From assembly GCA_964655175.1 (NCBI GenBank), contig CAZZLY010000007.1:6463-60502 (forward strand): a stretch of 54,040 bases of DNA, read 5' to 3'. Both the position numbers and the translations under genes were made by a program. This document shows positions 1-10,361 of the stretch, piece by piece (within the stretch, counting starts at the first letter, position 1; each line of letters starts with the position of its first letter). The notes beneath the pieces were generated by a model. It did not search any database. It saw only the letters and a list, made by a program, of their open reading frames with translations, and had not been told where the DNA came from. Source of the stretch: an uncultured bacterium. GTDB taxonomy: Bacteria > Eisenbacteria > RBG-16-71-46.

Positions 1-534
1 GCGGTCGGATTCGCGCCGGTCCCCACCGTCATCGCGATCGTCGGGTCGGTGGCACTGGTCCTGATCCACGAACTCGGGCACGCGGCGGCGGCGCGCATGA
101 TCGGCCTGCGAGTCGTCGGCCTCACGATCGGCCCGGGGGGCGGGGAGTGCCGGGCCGAGGGCGCGCCCCGTGGCGTCGGGGCCACGGTGCTGTTCGACGC
201 GGGTGGGCTGTTGGCGCAGGGCATCGTCCTGGCGCTGGGATTCGCGCTCTCGGGGCGAGTGCTCGTGAGTGCGCCCGAGGTCCAGCGTGGACTCTGGCTC
301 GTGATGCTGCCCATGAACGCGCTCATGATGCTCATGAACCTGCTGCCGGGCCGCATCACGCGGCGTGGTGGGCTCACCGACGGCGAGCGACTGCGGCGGA
401 GTCTCGTGCGCGCGTGGCGCGCGACGCGGCCGCGTCGGCTTCGAGCGCGCTCGGCGCGTCGCGTGGCGGACGCGCCGTCACGGCGAGGTCGAGCACACGA
501 CCTCGCACCCGGTGAGCGCCCGCGAGTCGCGTGA
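1..534 (+). CDS. Site-2 protease / peptidase M50 family membrane metalloprotease (5'-partial)
   Basis: HELGH zinc motif, hydrophobic segments and NLLP...TDG motif. The frame is open back to base 1. Confidence 0.75.
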   Translation, partial: AVGFAPVPTVIAIVGSVALVLIHELGHAAAARMIGLRVVGLTIGPGGGECRAEGAPRGVGATVLFDAGGLLAQGIVLALGFALSGRVLVSAPEVQRGLWLVMLPMNALMMLMNLLPGRITRRGGLTDGERLRRSLVRAWRATRPRRLRARSARRVADAPSRRGRAHDLAPGERPRVA

Positions 535-678
535 CGAGCGACCGTCCAACCGACGAAACGGCAGGACTTTCCCTTGTCGGACCGGGCGCATGCGTGGTAT
601 CCCTTGCGCGCCACATGGATGTTGCACAGGTGTCATCACTCAAGGCGACGCACATCCGCTCACGCGCGGAGGAGCGCC

Positions 679-1176
679 ATGTCTCAGTGGACTCTGTTCG
701 AAAACGACTTCAAGCTCATCGACGACGTGCTGGACGAGCTCCTGCAGCGCACGAACGCGCTGTCGGCGCACCTCATCGACCGTTCGGGCCAGGTGATCAC
801 CTCGGCCGGGCGCGTGGATGACTTCGACGTCACCTCGTTCGCCAGCCTCGCGGCCGCGGATTTCACCGCGAACGCCGAACTGGCGCAGCTGCTGGGTGAG
901 CCGTCCGTGGATGCCGTGGTCAACGAGGGCAAGACGCGCTCGGTGTACTCGCGCCTGCTCGCCGACCGCGTGATCCTGTCGGTCGTGTTCGACAAGCGGA
1001 GCAGTCTGGGACTCGTGCGCGTCCGTTCGCGGCGCGGCGCCGACACGCTCGACGGCGTGTTCCGCACCCTGTTCGAGAAGGTGGGCATCGCCGAGGCGCC
1101 GGCCGAGTCGTTCGAGGCGGCCCCGGAGTTCGCCGCCGCTGCATCCCACGAGGTGGACGCGCTGTTCGGCGAGTGA
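679..1176 (+). CDS. mglB: Roadblock/LC7 domain protein MglB (GAP for MglA)
   Basis: GGAGGA RBS before ATG 679. LIDRSGQ, SLAAADF..NAELA.LLGE, VVFDKRSSLGLVR and C-terminal 'EVDALFGE' helix. Directly upstream of mglA. Confidence 0.9.
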   Translation: MSQWTLFENDFKLIDDVLDELLQRTNALSAHLIDRSGQVITSAGRVDDFDVTSFASLAAADFTANAELAQLLGEPSVDAVVNEGKTRSVYSRLLADRVILSVVFDKRSSLGLVRVRSRRGADTLDGVFRTLFEKVGIAEAPAESFEAAPEFAAAASHEVDALFGE

Positions 1177-1204
1177 GCCGGTCCGCGTCCGGAGGGTCCG
1201 TACC

Positions 1205-2143
1205 GTGGCGCTGATCAATCACCGGACTCACGAGATCCATTTCAAGATCGTCTACTACGGTCCGGGGCTGTGCGGGAAGACCACCAACCTGCGCTCGCTC
1301 CACGACAAGCTGCCCGCCGAGCGGCGCGGCAAGATGATCTCGATCGCCACGGATCACGAGCGCACGCTGTTCTTCGACTTCCTGCCGATCGATCTGGGGC
1401 AGGTGAACGGCTTCCTGACGCGCTTCCACCTGTACACCGTGCCCGGGCAGGTCTATTACAAGCTCTCGCGTCGCGCGGTGTTGCAGGGCGTGGACGGGCT
1501 GGTGTTCGTGGCGGATTCGCATCCGTCGCGAGAGGCCGCCAATCTGGAATCGCTCGCCGACCTGCAGGAGCACCTGCGCACGTTGGGCGTGACCGGACCC
1601 GCGCTGGCGCGCATCCCGTGGGTGTTCCAGTGGAACAAGCGCGACCTCGCGGTGACGCTGCCGGTCGACCGCCTGCATCGCGCGCTCAATCCCAACGGTT
1701 GGCCGGAGTTCGAGGCGGTCGCCTCGACCGGCATGGGCGTGTCCGAGACGCTGCGCGCCGCGTGCAAGGCGGTGCTGGCGCGCCTGAGCACGGGGCAGAC
1801 GCCCGCCGCGGGTGCGCCCGCACCGAGCGCGACGCCGACCTCGACGCCGGCCGCGACGACGCCGACCGCCGCGATGCCGCCGAGCGCGATCGCGCGCCCC
1901 GGCGCCGCACTGGGTTCGGTGCCGCCGCCGTCCGCGATCGCGACCCCGGGCGCGCCCGCCCGCCCCGCCCCGCGTCCGTACCTCGCGCGGCCGCTCAAGC
2001 CGCAGCCCACCGTGCTGCCGCCGCGACCCGCGGGGCCGCCGGTCGCGCGCGTGATCCATCCGCGCCCGAGCACGCCGAGCCCTGCGCCGACGCCGAGCGT
2101 GCCGGCCGCGAGTCCGCGCAAGACGCCCGGGGATCCCGCTTGA
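1205..2143 (+). CDS. mglA: Small Ras-like GTPase MglA with Pro/Ala/Thr-rich C-terminal extension
   Basis: KIVYYGPGLCGKTTNL, ERTLFFDFLP, HLYTVPGQV, GVDGLVFVADS and NKRD motifs. Confidence 0.93.
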   Translation: MALINHRTHEIHFKIVYYGPGLCGKTTNLRSLHDKLPAERRGKMISIATDHERTLFFDFLPIDLGQVNGFLTRFHLYTVPGQVYYKLSRRAVLQGVDGLVFVADSHPSREAANLESLADLQEHLRTLGVTGPALARIPWVFQWNKRDLAVTLPVDRLHRALNPNGWPEFEAVASTGMGVSETLRAACKAVLARLSTGQTPAAGAPAPSATPTSTPAATTPTAAMPPSAIARPGAALGSVPPPSAIATPGAPARPAPRPYLARPLKPQPTVLPPRPAGPPVARVIHPRPSTPSPAPTPSVPAASPRKTPGDPA

Positions 2144-2148
2144 GCCGC

Positions 2149-2640
2149 ATGAAGAAGGGCCTCACCGCGATCCCGCGGCGGCCCGCCACCTGGCTCGCCA
2201 TGTTGGGCGTGGCCGGGTTCGCGCCCGTCGCACCGGCCACCGCGGGCAGCGCGCTCACCGCGCTCGTGGGTTGGTACCTCCCCGTGCCGACGCTGCCGAT
2301 CGCGTTGGCGCTGCTCGTCGTGGGTACGGTGCTCGCCGTGTGGTGCGCCGGCGAGGCCGAGCGTGAACTGGGTCACGACGCCGGTCCCATCGTGGTGGAC
2401 GAGGCGGTGGGGCAGGCGATCACGCTGCTGTTCTGCCCGCATCGCGTGGGCGCGTTCGTGGCCGCGTTCGTGCTGTTCCGGATCTTCGACATCTACAAGC
2501 CGCCGCTCGCCGATCGTGCCCAGGCGCTGCCCGGTGGGCTCGGGATCGTGGCCGACGACGTCGTCGCGGGCGTGGTCGCGCTGGGCGTGCTGCAGGGCCT
2601 GTTGTGGGCCCAGACGCAACTGGGCTGGGCGATCCTCTGA
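2149..2640 (+). CDS. pgpA: Phosphatidylglycerophosphatase A
   Basis: PVAPATAGS, HDAGPIVVDEAVG, FVLFRIFDIYKP and GGLGIVADDVVAG motifs. An alternative TTG start lies at 2140. Confidence 0.88.
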   Translation: MKKGLTAIPRRPATWLAMLGVAGFAPVAPATAGSALTALVGWYLPVPTLPIALALLVVGTVLAVWCAGEAERELGHDAGPIVVDEAVGQAITLLFCPHRVGAFVAAFVLFRIFDIYKPPLADRAQALPGGLGIVADDVVAGVVALGVLQGLLWAQTQLGWAIL

Positions 2641-2728
2641 ACTGAACGCGGTGCCCGTGGGAGCATCCACCACCGGACCGTGCCCGCGTCGCTGGCGTCG
2701 AACGTCCGCCTGAGGGAGGCTGCATCGC

Positions 2729-3820
2729 ATGAACGCCGACCTGCGCACCTTCGTCCGTGACGCGCTCGCCCGCGGCGCATCGCCCGCGCAACTGCGCCAA
2801 GCGCTGCGCGACGCGCGCTGGGCCGACGCCGAGATCGACGCCGCGCTCGCCGAATGGCACGACGCCGGGCTCGGTGTCCCGGTGCCGCGGCGGCGCATCG
2901 CGCTCTCGTCGCGCGAGGCGTTCCTGTACCTGCTCATGTTCGTGGCGCTGCACATGGTCGCGTTCCACACCGGCGCGCTCTTGTTCGCGCTGGTGGGGCG
3001 GTGGTGGCCGGACCCCATGCTCGCCATGCCCCGCGGCAACGTGCTGGATGGCGTGCGGTTCTCGGTCGCCTCGCTGCTCGTGGCGTTCCCGGTGTTCCTG
3101 TTCACGTCGCGCATCGTGGGGCGCGCGCTCGCGGCCGACCCCGAGAAGCGCAACTCCGGTGTGCGTCGCTGGCTCACGTACCTGACGTTGTTCATCGCCG
3201 CCTGCGTACTCATCGGCGACTTCATCGCGCTGCTCCTGAGCGCGCTCAAGGGTGAGCTGATCGGTTCGTTCGCGGCACGCGTCGCGGTGGTGGGCGCCAT
3301 CGCAGGCTGGTTGTTCGTGCACTACCTGGGCGGCATGCAGCGCGAGGAGAGCGACGAGGCGCGCGCGCCCCGCTCGCCCTGGCTGCCGCGTGCGGCGGCG
3401 CTGGTGGTGGTGCTCGCGATCCTGGCCGGGCTGTGGCTCTCGGGCACGCCCACGGTCGCACGCAAGAACGTGTTCGACCGGCAGCGGGTCGAGGACCTGT
3501 CGACGTTGTCCAACGAGATCCTCGCGCAGCGTCGCGTCACCGGCCGACTGCCCGACGATCTGAGTGCCCTGTCCGGGCCCGTTGCAAGAGCGGGTGCGCT
3601 GCGCCTGCGCGATCCGCTCACGAACGCGCCCTACGAGTACACGGTGGTCACGCCCGACTCGTTCACGCTGGGCGCGGTGTTCCAGCGTCCGGACTCGCTC
3701 GGGCCCTCGGGTGCGTTCGCCTCGCCGTTCTGGAGTCACGGTGCGGGGCCCACGCGCTTCGGGTTCGCGGTCCGCGCCGAGGTGGTCGCGCCGACCGACG
3801 AGGTCGCGAAGCCGCACTGA
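2729..3820 (+). CDS. DUF5671-like multi-pass membrane protein with C-terminal extracytoplasmic domain
   Basis: GGGAGG RBS. PVPR...SREAFLYL..F..L and RRWLTYLTLFIAA..LIGD patterns, about 5 TM segments, C-terminal DL..L...GRLP...RDP.T..PYEY. Confidence 0.7.
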   Translation: MNADLRTFVRDALARGASPAQLRQALRDARWADAEIDAALAEWHDAGLGVPVPRRRIALSSREAFLYLLMFVALHMVAFHTGALLFALVGRWWPDPMLAMPRGNVLDGVRFSVASLLVAFPVFLFTSRIVGRALAADPEKRNSGVRRWLTYLTLFIAACVLIGDFIALLLSALKGELIGSFAARVAVVGAIAGWLFVHYLGGMQREESDEARAPRSPWLPRAAALVVVLAILAGLWLSGTPTVARKNVFDRQRVEDLSTLSNEILAQRRVTGRLPDDLSALSGPVARAGALRLRDPLTNAPYEYTVVTPDSFTLGAVFQRPDSLGPSGAFASPFWSHGAGPTRFGFAVRAEVVAPTDEVAKPH

Positions 3821-3914
3821 CCGCGCCTCGCGCGCGCGTTGCGCCCCGACCAGCGCTGCGGCACAGTCGCGTTCCCCCTTGCTTCAGTTCCTCCGGCCGC
3901 GGGAATCCCACGCC

Positions 3915-5171
3915 ATGCGCATCGAGATCGTCACCATCGGGAACGAGGTCCTCTCGGGCCGCACCTTCGACACCAACTTCGTGACGCTCGCGCGCGGTCT
4001 CGAGGAGGCCAACGTCGTCGTGGGGTGGCACACCACGGTGGGCGACACGGTCGAGGCGATCTCCGAGGCGCTCAAGGTCGCGCTCTCGCGCGCCGACGGC
4101 GTCATCATGACGGGCGGTCTGGGGCCCACGCCCGACGACCTCACGCGCAAGGCGGTCGCCACCGCGCTCAACAAGCCGCTGCAACTCGACGAGGGCGTGC
4201 TCGAGCACATCCGCTCGCGCGGCCGCAAGTCGGGCCGCAAACTGCCGTCGTCGGTCGAGACCATGGCGCTCGTGCCGCGCGGCGCGACGCTGTATCAGAA
4301 CCCCGTGGGCGCCGCGCCCGGGATCCTGATCGAGCACCGCCGCAAGCCCGTGTTCCTGCTGCCGGGGCCGCCGTCCGAGCTCGAGGCGCTGGCGCGCGAG
4401 TTCACCGTGCCGTGGCTGCGCGAGCGCACCGGGGCCACGGTCGAGAGCTTCACGCTGCGCACGTTCGGCATGTACGAGAGTCAGCTGCACGAGCGCATCG
4501 GCACGCTGCCCGACGGTTGGCCGGGCGCGTCGCTGGCGTACCTGCCCAGCTACTTCGGCGTCGATCTGCGCGTCACCGTGACCGGCGGGCCCGCCGCGCA
4601 GGTGCGCGAGACGGCCGAGCGCGCGCACGCGGAACTGTTCGAGCGCGTCGAGGGCGTGGTCTACGCCGAGGGTTCGCGCGCGATCGAGGACGTGGTCGGC
4701 GAGTTGCTGTGGCAGCGCGAGTGGCGCATCGCGGTGGCCGAGTCGTGCACGGGCGGGCTGCTCACCAAGCGTCTGACCGACGTGCCCGGGTCCAGTCGCT
4801 ACGTGGACCGCGCGTTCGTGACCTATTCGAACATGTCCAAGTTCGAACTGCTGGGCGTGTCCGAGAGCGATCTGTCCGTGCACGGCGCGGTGAGCGCGCC
4901 GGTCGCCGAGCAGATGGCCCGCGGGGCGCGCGAGCGCGCGAACGCGCAGGTCGGCGTCGCCATCACCGGCATCGCGGGGCCCGAGGGCGGCAGCGATCCC
5001 AAGCCCGTGGGCACGGTGTTCATCGCGGTCTCGTCGTCGCTCGGCGACGCGGTGCGCCTGCATCGCTTCCAGGGCTCGCGCACGACCATCCGCGAGCGCG
5101 CGGCGCAGACCGCGCTCGACATGCTGCGCCGGCATCTGTGCGAGTTGCCGATCGACCCCTCGGTCGAGTGA
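3915..5171 (+). CDS. cinA: CinA competence/damage-inducible protein (MocF-like domain + NMN deamidase PncC domain)
   Basis: IGNEVLSG..DTN, TGGLGPTPDDLT, LPGPPSE, AESCTGG, GAVS and ITGIAGP.GG...KPVGTV motifs. Confidence 0.95.
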   Translation: MRIEIVTIGNEVLSGRTFDTNFVTLARGLEEANVVVGWHTTVGDTVEAISEALKVALSRADGVIMTGGLGPTPDDLTRKAVATALNKPLQLDEGVLEHIRSRGRKSGRKLPSSVETMALVPRGATLYQNPVGAAPGILIEHRRKPVFLLPGPPSELEALAREFTVPWLRERTGATVESFTLRTFGMYESQLHERIGTLPDGWPGASLAYLPSYFGVDLRVTVTGGPAAQVRETAERAHAELFERVEGVVYAEGSRAIEDVVGELLWQREWRIAVAESCTGGLLTKRLTDVPGSSRYVDRAFVTYSNMSKFELLGVSESDLSVHGAVSAPVAEQMARGARERANAQVGVAITGIAGPEGGSDPKPVGTVFIAVSSSLGDAVRLHRFQGSRTTIRERAAQTALDMLRRHLCELPIDPSVE

Positions 5172-5247
5172 CCGGGCGCGTCGCGTGCGGCTCGTGTCGC
5201 GTTCGCGCGGGGCGTGTGCGGCACGACGCGCGCGCGGGGTCGTGCAC

Positions 5248-5670
5248 GTGACGCCCGCACCGGTGTTGCTCTACGACGGCACCTGCGGCCTGTGCGACGC
5301 CGCGGTGCGCACGGTGCTCGCGCTCGATCGCACCGAGCGGTTCCGGTTCGCGGCGCTCACGTCCCAGGCGGCGCGCACGTGTCTGGCCGAGCGGGGCGTG
5401 ACCCTGACCGCGGCGGGGCCGGGCACGGTGATGCTGGTCGAGGGCGCGCGCGTCAGCGTGCGATCCGAGGCGGTGCTGCGCGCCTGCGTGCAGCTGGGCG
5501 CGCCGTGGTCGTGGCTCGCGGTGCTGCGCGTGGTGCCGCGCGCCTGGCGCGATGCGCTCTACGACGTCGTCGCGCGCCACCGCTCGCGGATCGCGGGACG
5601 ACTCGCTGCGTGTCGCGTGCCCACGGCGCGCGAACGGGCGCGGTTCCTGGACGCCGACGAGCGCGACTGA
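5248..5670 (+). CDS. DCC1-like thiol-disulfide oxidoreductase (DUF393)
   Basis: YDGTCGLC (DxxCxxC), FRFAAL, RDALYDVVARHR..I.G...C..P and RFL motifs. The start is uncertain. Confidence 0.85.
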   Translation: MTPAPVLLYDGTCGLCDAAVRTVLALDRTERFRFAALTSQAARTCLAERGVTLTAAGPGTVMLVEGARVSVRSEAVLRACVQLGAPWSWLAVLRVVPRAWRDALYDVVARHRSRIAGRLAACRVPTARERARFLDADERD

Positions 5671-5677
5671 CGCGACG

Positions 5678-7270
5678 TCAGTCGGTGCGCACCGAGTCGC
5701 GCTCGATCCACAGGGTCGAGCCGTCGGCCAGACGCACGACCTGGGGGGCGTGCAGTCGTGCGAGGAGCCCGGGGATCGAGTCCACCACGACCACCGGATG
5801 CGTCGCGAGGTCGTGCGTGCGCTGCCACGCCGCGACGCGCACGAGATGCGCGTCGTACCAGGGGTCCAGCGTGAGATCGCGCCGCACGCCCTCGGCCGCC
5901 TGCAGGTACATGAGCGGCCCGTAGGGGTCCCACTTGGCGAGCACGAGGCTGCTCTCGGGGATGGCCGCGAACTGCGCGTGGGCGCGATCGTGCGCGGTGC
6001 GCTCGTCGCGGAACGACGGCAGCAGCGTGCGCACCATGGGCGGGCCCTCGACGACCGGGGTGCGCCACGCCGGGTTCTCGGGCGCCGCGAGCGCGCGCAT
6101 GCGCAGCGCGTGCGGCACCAGCATGCCGCCCACGACCAGCGCCACCACCGCGGCGGGGTGCCAGCGGCGCGCGAGCACGTCGAGCGCGGCGCCCGCGAAC
6201 AACGCCACCGCGATCGTCGTGGTCATCATGAAGAGCAGCAGGAGCGCCCCGTCCACGATGCACGAGGCCAGCAGCGGCGTCGCGAGTCCCGCCGTCGCGA
6301 GCACGCCGACGAGTGCGCGGTCACGGCGCACCGCCACCGCGACGCCCGCAAGCGCCAGCAGCAGCGCGAACGGGCCGACCTCGAACAGGGTGTAGCGCGC
6401 CCACGCCAGAACCAGATTGCCGCCCGCCGTGGGCAGATGCGCCCACAGCGCGTGCGGCCGCGTCTCGGGGCCGCTCAGCAGGAAGTGCACGCGCTCGCCC
6501 ACGTGCGCCCAGCGCTCGGGCGTGATCCCGAACTGCGCCGCCGCGGGCTCCACCACCATGTGCGCGTAGTTCGTGAGGTCCGGGCGCATGAGCGGCGCGA
6601 GCAGGCTCAGGTAGGGCGACAGCCCCAGTGCGAGCAGCGCGAGCGCGGCGAGCGCGCGCGGCCACGTGAGCACGCCCGCGCGCGCCGCGTCCGCCAGCAT
6701 GAGCAGACCCGCGAGCGCGAGCAGTGGCGCGAACGACAGATGCACGGTCAGCGCCAGCCCCATCGCGAACGCGGCGAGCAGGCCATGGCGCAGCGTCAGC
6801 GTGCGGCGCGCGACCAGCGTGCGCCAGAGCGCGAACAGTGCCAACGTGAGTCCGAGCGCGTAGACCTCGACACGGATCGCCGCCCACCACGGGGTGAACG
6901 CCATGCCGAACAGCAGCGCGCCCGCCAGACACGCGCCCCAGACGATGCCGAGTTCGGCGAGCAGCAGCGCCACGAGCGCCACGCTCGCCGCGCCGCAGCC
7001 CGCACCGAACAACGCCACGCGATGCGTCGGGGTGCCGGGCAGCCACGGCGTGATCGCGCGCGCGAGCAGGGTGAAGGTGGGGTAGCCGCTCGGATGCGCC
7101 ACGCCGCCCATGCTGCCCACCGCCGCCAGTTCGGCGCTGTCGCCGGGCTGCGGCCACGGCGCGGCACCCCACACGTACACCGCGAGCGCGAGCACGCCCG
7201 CGACGAGACCCGCGGTCCAGGCGCGCGGTGTGGGACGCTCGAGCGGCGGGGCGGGGGTGGGCACGGGCAT
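5678..7270 (-). CDS. DUF2723 / TMEM260-like membrane glycosyltransferase (putative protein O-mannosyltransferase, GT-C fold)
   Basis: GDSAELAAV...GVAHPSGYPTFTLL, W..A..EVYAL and GL..TVH motifs, many TM helices. Confidence 0.75.
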   Translation of the reverse strand: MPVPTPAPPLERPTPRAWTAGLVAGVLALAVYVWGAAPWPQPGDSAELAAVGSMGGVAHPSGYPTFTLLARAITPWLPGTPTHRVALFGAGCGAASVALVALLLAELGIVWGACLAGALLFGMAFTPWWAAIRVEVYALGLTLALFALWRTLVARRTLTLRHGLLAAFAMGLALTVHLSFAPLLALAGLLMLADAARAGVLTWPRALAALALLALGLSPYLSLLAPLMRPDLTNYAHMVVEPAAAQFGITPERWAHVGERVHFLLSGPETRPHALWAHLPTAGGNLVLAWARYTLFEVGPFALLLALAGVAVAVRRDRALVGVLATAGLATPLLASCIVDGALLLLFMMTTTIAVALFAGAALDVLARRWHPAAVVALVVGGMLVPHALRMRALAAPENPAWRTPVVEGPPMVRTLLPSFRDERTAHDRAHAQFAAIPESSLVLAKWDPYGPLMYLQAAEGVRRDLTLDPWYDAHLVRVAAWQRTHDLATHPVVVVDSIPGLLARLHAPQVVRLADGSTLWIERDSVRTD

Positions 7271-7349
7271 GCGACTCCGATCGTGAGGGACGACGACGCC
7301 GGTGCGCGTGTCGCGCGCGCGGCGGGGCGAGTGTAGTCTAGGCGGCACG

Positions 7350-7895
7350 ATGCGTCTTTTCATCGCCGTGTTCCCGCCCCCCCAGGTGCAGCGTGCCGCG
7401 TACGCCGCCACCGCGCCGTTGCGCGCCGGCGCCGGCTCCGTCTCGTGGGTGCCGCCCGACCAGATGCACATCACCATGCGCTTCCTGGGCGACGCCGACG
7501 AGGCGCAGCGCGAGCACGCGATCGCGGCCATGACCACGGTGGCGGCGCGTCAGCCACGGTTCGGGGCCGCGCTCGGTGGGTTCGCGGCGTTCCCCACCGC
7601 CAAGCGGGCGCGCGTGCTGTGGTTGGGCATGATGCAGGGCGCCGAGCCCATGCGGTTGCTCGCCAACGCCCTCGAGGACGCCCTGCAGGGCGCGGGGTTC
7701 GAGCCCGTCGAGCAGCCGTTCGAGCCGCATCTGACGGTGGGGCGCATCAGCGCCGCCGGCGATTGGACGCAGCGGCTCATCGAGGCCAACGCGCCCGAGG
7801 CGCGGTTCCAGGTCGATCGCCTCGTGCTGGTGCAGAGCACGCCGAGGTCGCGCGGCTCGCACTACCAGACGATCGCCGAAGCCCCGCTGGCCTGA
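7350..7895 (+). CDS. thpR: RNA 2',3'-cyclic phosphodiesterase (2H phosphoesterase)
   Basis: MRLFIAV start, two HxT motifs (HITMRFLG, PHLTVGR), ARVLW. Conserved position between cinA and recA. Confidence 0.92.
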   Translation: MRLFIAVFPPPQVQRAAYAATAPLRAGAGSVSWVPPDQMHITMRFLGDADEAQREHAIAAMTTVAARQPRFGAALGGFAAFPTAKRARVLWLGMMQGAEPMRLLANALEDALQGAGFEPVEQPFEPHLTVGRISAAGDWTQRLIEANAPEARFQVDRLVLVQSTPRSRGSHYQTIAEAPLA

Positions 7896-8088
7896 GTCGG
7901 CGCGAGCGGGGGCGATGGGCCCGATCCACTGGGCTTCGGGGCGGCGAGGCGTGCCCCGGGATGCGACCCGCCCGCGCGGTCGTGCCGCGGGCCGCTGCAC
8001 ACGCGCGGGTGTCGCCGGGGTGCGAACGGCCGATGGAAGCCCGTAACTCGTTGTGCTGCAATGCGTGATTGATTCCTGAAAATTCCCC

Positions 8089-8117
8089 TTCCCGTCTACT
8101 GCACGGATGTGTAGTAT
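8089..8117 (+). promoter_or_regulatory. Putative sigma70 recA promoter overlapped by an imperfect palindrome (candidate LexA box)
   Basis: TTCCCG-N17-TAGTAT in an AT-richer patch. TACTGCAC-GGAT-GTGTAGTA (8097-8116) is a 7/8 inverted repeat. Confidence 0.6.
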
Positions 8118-8222
8118 GCCCAGCGTCAACAGTACGGCCGCACGCCGGACGCCCTCGGGCCCCCGCCGCGACACCGTATCCCCGCACTTATGACGCAGTG
8201 CCCCTGCGAAGGAGACGCAGAC

Positions 8223-9365
<1,143 letters not shown>

Positions 9366-9379
9366 CACGCGGTACGACC

Positions 9380-9411
9380 GGGTGGGGCGCGACACACCCC
9401 GCGCCTCACCC
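9380..9411 (+). terminator. recA-recX intergenic hairpin (attenuator or mRNA stabiliser)
   Basis: GGGTGGGGCGCG...CGCGCCTCACCC stem with one G-U pair, followed by a pyrimidine-rich tract. Confidence 0.45.
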
Positions 9412-9490
9412 GCGTCGCTTCGTTCCCATTCCTTCGTCCCCGGTGTGCGCTCCCCCGGGGCACGAGTCCGCCCGACCGCATGAGGTGATC

Positions 9491-10024
9491 GTGGCCGCAC
9501 GTCGTCGTCGCAGCGAACCGCAGGAGGTGGCGGCCGACGATCCCGCCGCCTGTCGCGAAGCCGCGCTCAAGCTGCTCGAGCGCACGCGTCGCACCCGGCT
9601 CGACCTCACGCGACGGCTCGCCGACAAGGGCTACCTGCCCAACGTCATCGAGGCGGTGGTCGAGCGTCTGACCGAGGTCGGGCTCGTGGACGACGCCGAG
9701 TACGCGCGCGCCTGGCTCGCCGGCCGCTGGGGGCGCCGCCCCTCGGGTTGGCGGCGACTGCAGCAGGAACTGCGCATGAAGGGCGTCTCCGACGACGACG
9801 TCGAGAAGGCTCGCGAACTGCTCGCCGAGCGCAGCAGCGCACCCGACGAGACCGAGTCGGCGGCCAAACTCGTGGCGCAGGCGCGCCGCCGCTACGCCCG
9901 CCTCGATCCGCGCGTGCAGGAGCGTCGTCTGTACGCGCTGCTCGCCCGGCGCGGCTACGACGGCGACACCATTCGCCGTGCCCTCGCCCTCGAGACTCCG
10001 CTGGAGAGCGGCGCCGAGGTCTGA
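9491..10024 (+). CDS. recX: Regulatory protein RecX
   Basis: ALKLL..RRT..L..RL, L.EVGLVDDAEYA, L.QELRMKGV and L.RRGY motifs. Follows recA. GAGGT RBS. Confidence 0.92.
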   Translation: MAARRRRSEPQEVAADDPAACREAALKLLERTRRTRLDLTRRLADKGYLPNVIEAVVERLTEVGLVDDAEYARAWLAGRWGRRPSGWRRLQQELRMKGVSDDDVEKARELLAERSSAPDETESAAKLVAQARRRYARLDPRVQERRLYALLARRGYDGDTIRRALALETPLESGAEV

Positions 10025-10361
10025 GCCCGATCAGCGGGGGGCAACCCTGCGGTCGAGTGCAACCACGGGGCGTCCCGGTGGGGGCGGACCGCAGGGGCCG
10101 AAGCCTCGGCAAACCTGCCCATCCAGCGAATTCGGCATTGAGCGCGACGTCGCGTCCCCGTAATCTCGCCGCAACTCGCGCCCCCCCTTGAGCGAGTGGA
10201 CGCCGTGACCCGTGGCGCTGTGCGGCCGTGGGTCGTCCCGTGTGTCTCGAGTCCGGGGCGTGTTCATCCACGGCGTGCGGCCGAGCCTCACCGCGCACCG
10301 TCGGTGCCGCTGGCGACCTCGCCGCGCACCGTGCCACGTCGGTCGAGAGAGGGATCCCTCC

